A stretch of 52,456 bases of DNA, counting the filler, from Jimgerdemannia flammicorona (lineage: Eukaryota), in the NCBI GenBank assembly GCA_003990765.1. It is 2 parts of 2 records of this genome, joined end to end, with 100 filler letters (N's around TTAATTAATTAA, not from the genome) between each part and the next. Parts side by side here need not be neighbours in the genome. Positions count along the whole stretch, not along the records: positions 26,286 to 52,456 come from RBNJ01000753.1; 1 more part is not named here. One strand, given 5' to 3'. This document shows, piece after piece, positions 51,915 through 52,456 of this stretch (position 1 is the first letter of the stretch; each line of letters starts with the position of its first letter). The notes beneath the pieces are model-generated. The model saw only the letters and a program-made list of their open reading frames with translations, was not told where the DNA came from and did not search any database. The position numbers and the translations under genes were made by a program.

Positions 51915-52311
51915 AGGTTAGGGCTAGGCTTCAAGTAAGAATTTATTTGTTATAGAGAAGACAAGGTACATCAGAGTAACAAAAGACAAAGACTCCTAAG
52001 ATGAGAAAAGCAAAACAAGGCCAGCGAAGTAAACAACTAGCTAAGAAGTACAAAACAAAGGCCAGAGAGGTGACCACTCTATGGACGGGCTGGATAAAAC
52101 CATTTTGTCCCAGCCGTAAAGATAATAAATGCAAAAGCAAGAAGAGAAAGGCTAAGATATAATACACATTCGCCTGGTGCCAACTACATGAACCGTATCA
52201 ACAACAAATCACCAAACGACTGACATGAGATGAATAACTCGATGCACTCTCAACAACGGAGGGAACCAACTGAGGTAAATGAGGGGAAAGAAGGGAGTAA
52301 AGATAATGTGG
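51915..52311 (-). mobile_element. Telomere-repeat-tailed non-LTR element, unit 5 (3' UTR only, then T-rich contig end)
   Basis: Tract aggttagggctagg|cttcaagtaag; co-linear with the 3' UTRs of the other units. Confidence 0.9.
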
Positions 52312-52456
52312 GTTTTTTTTTTTTTTTTGTTTTTTTTTTTTTTTTTTTTTTTTTTTGGTTTTTTGTTTTTTTTTTTTTTTCGGTTTTTTTGTTTTTTTGT
52401 AATTTTTTAGTTCGTTTTTTAATGTTTTTTGGGGTTTTCTTTTTTTTTTTTTTTTT
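52312..52456. repeat. T-rich low-complexity end of contig
   Basis: Long interrupted T-runs; likely a poly(A) tail on the minus strand or low-quality sequence. Confidence 0.8.

Overview
Eukaryotic, almost certainly fungal, genomic DNA. Evidence: a Zn2Cys6 gene, short GT-AG introns, TTAGGG repeats and CpG/RIP-like decay of repeats. It consists of two roughly 26-kb pieces joined by an artificial 100-nt spacer (N44-TTAATTAATTAA-N44, 26186-26285), so linkage across the spacer is unproven. Left piece: about 12.4 kb of CpG-normal DNA with decayed duplicated segments and one intact Zn2Cys6 protein gene (7935-9551). This is followed by a nest of mutated retroelements: an LTR-like host, a 1.2-kb poly(A) non-coding retroposon with TSD, an L1/Tx1-like LINE with TSD, and a Penelope-like RT remnant. 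Right piece: three separate ORF-track entries splice in frame into one NLR-like gene of at least about 1,400 aa (CHAT protease - NB-ARC - degenerate Ras-like GTPase - second NB-ARC - Sel1 repeats; 30873 to <26286, minus strand). More decayed LINEs follow. From 39055 to the end lies a head-to-tail array of five copies of an APE+RT non-LTR element. Each copy's 3' end is fused to a short (T/C/G/A)TAGGG tract instead of poly(A), the polarity expected for serial addition to a chromosome end. The telomere-repeat-linked LINE array and the CHAT double-NB-ARC gene are the two best candidates for undescribed systems.
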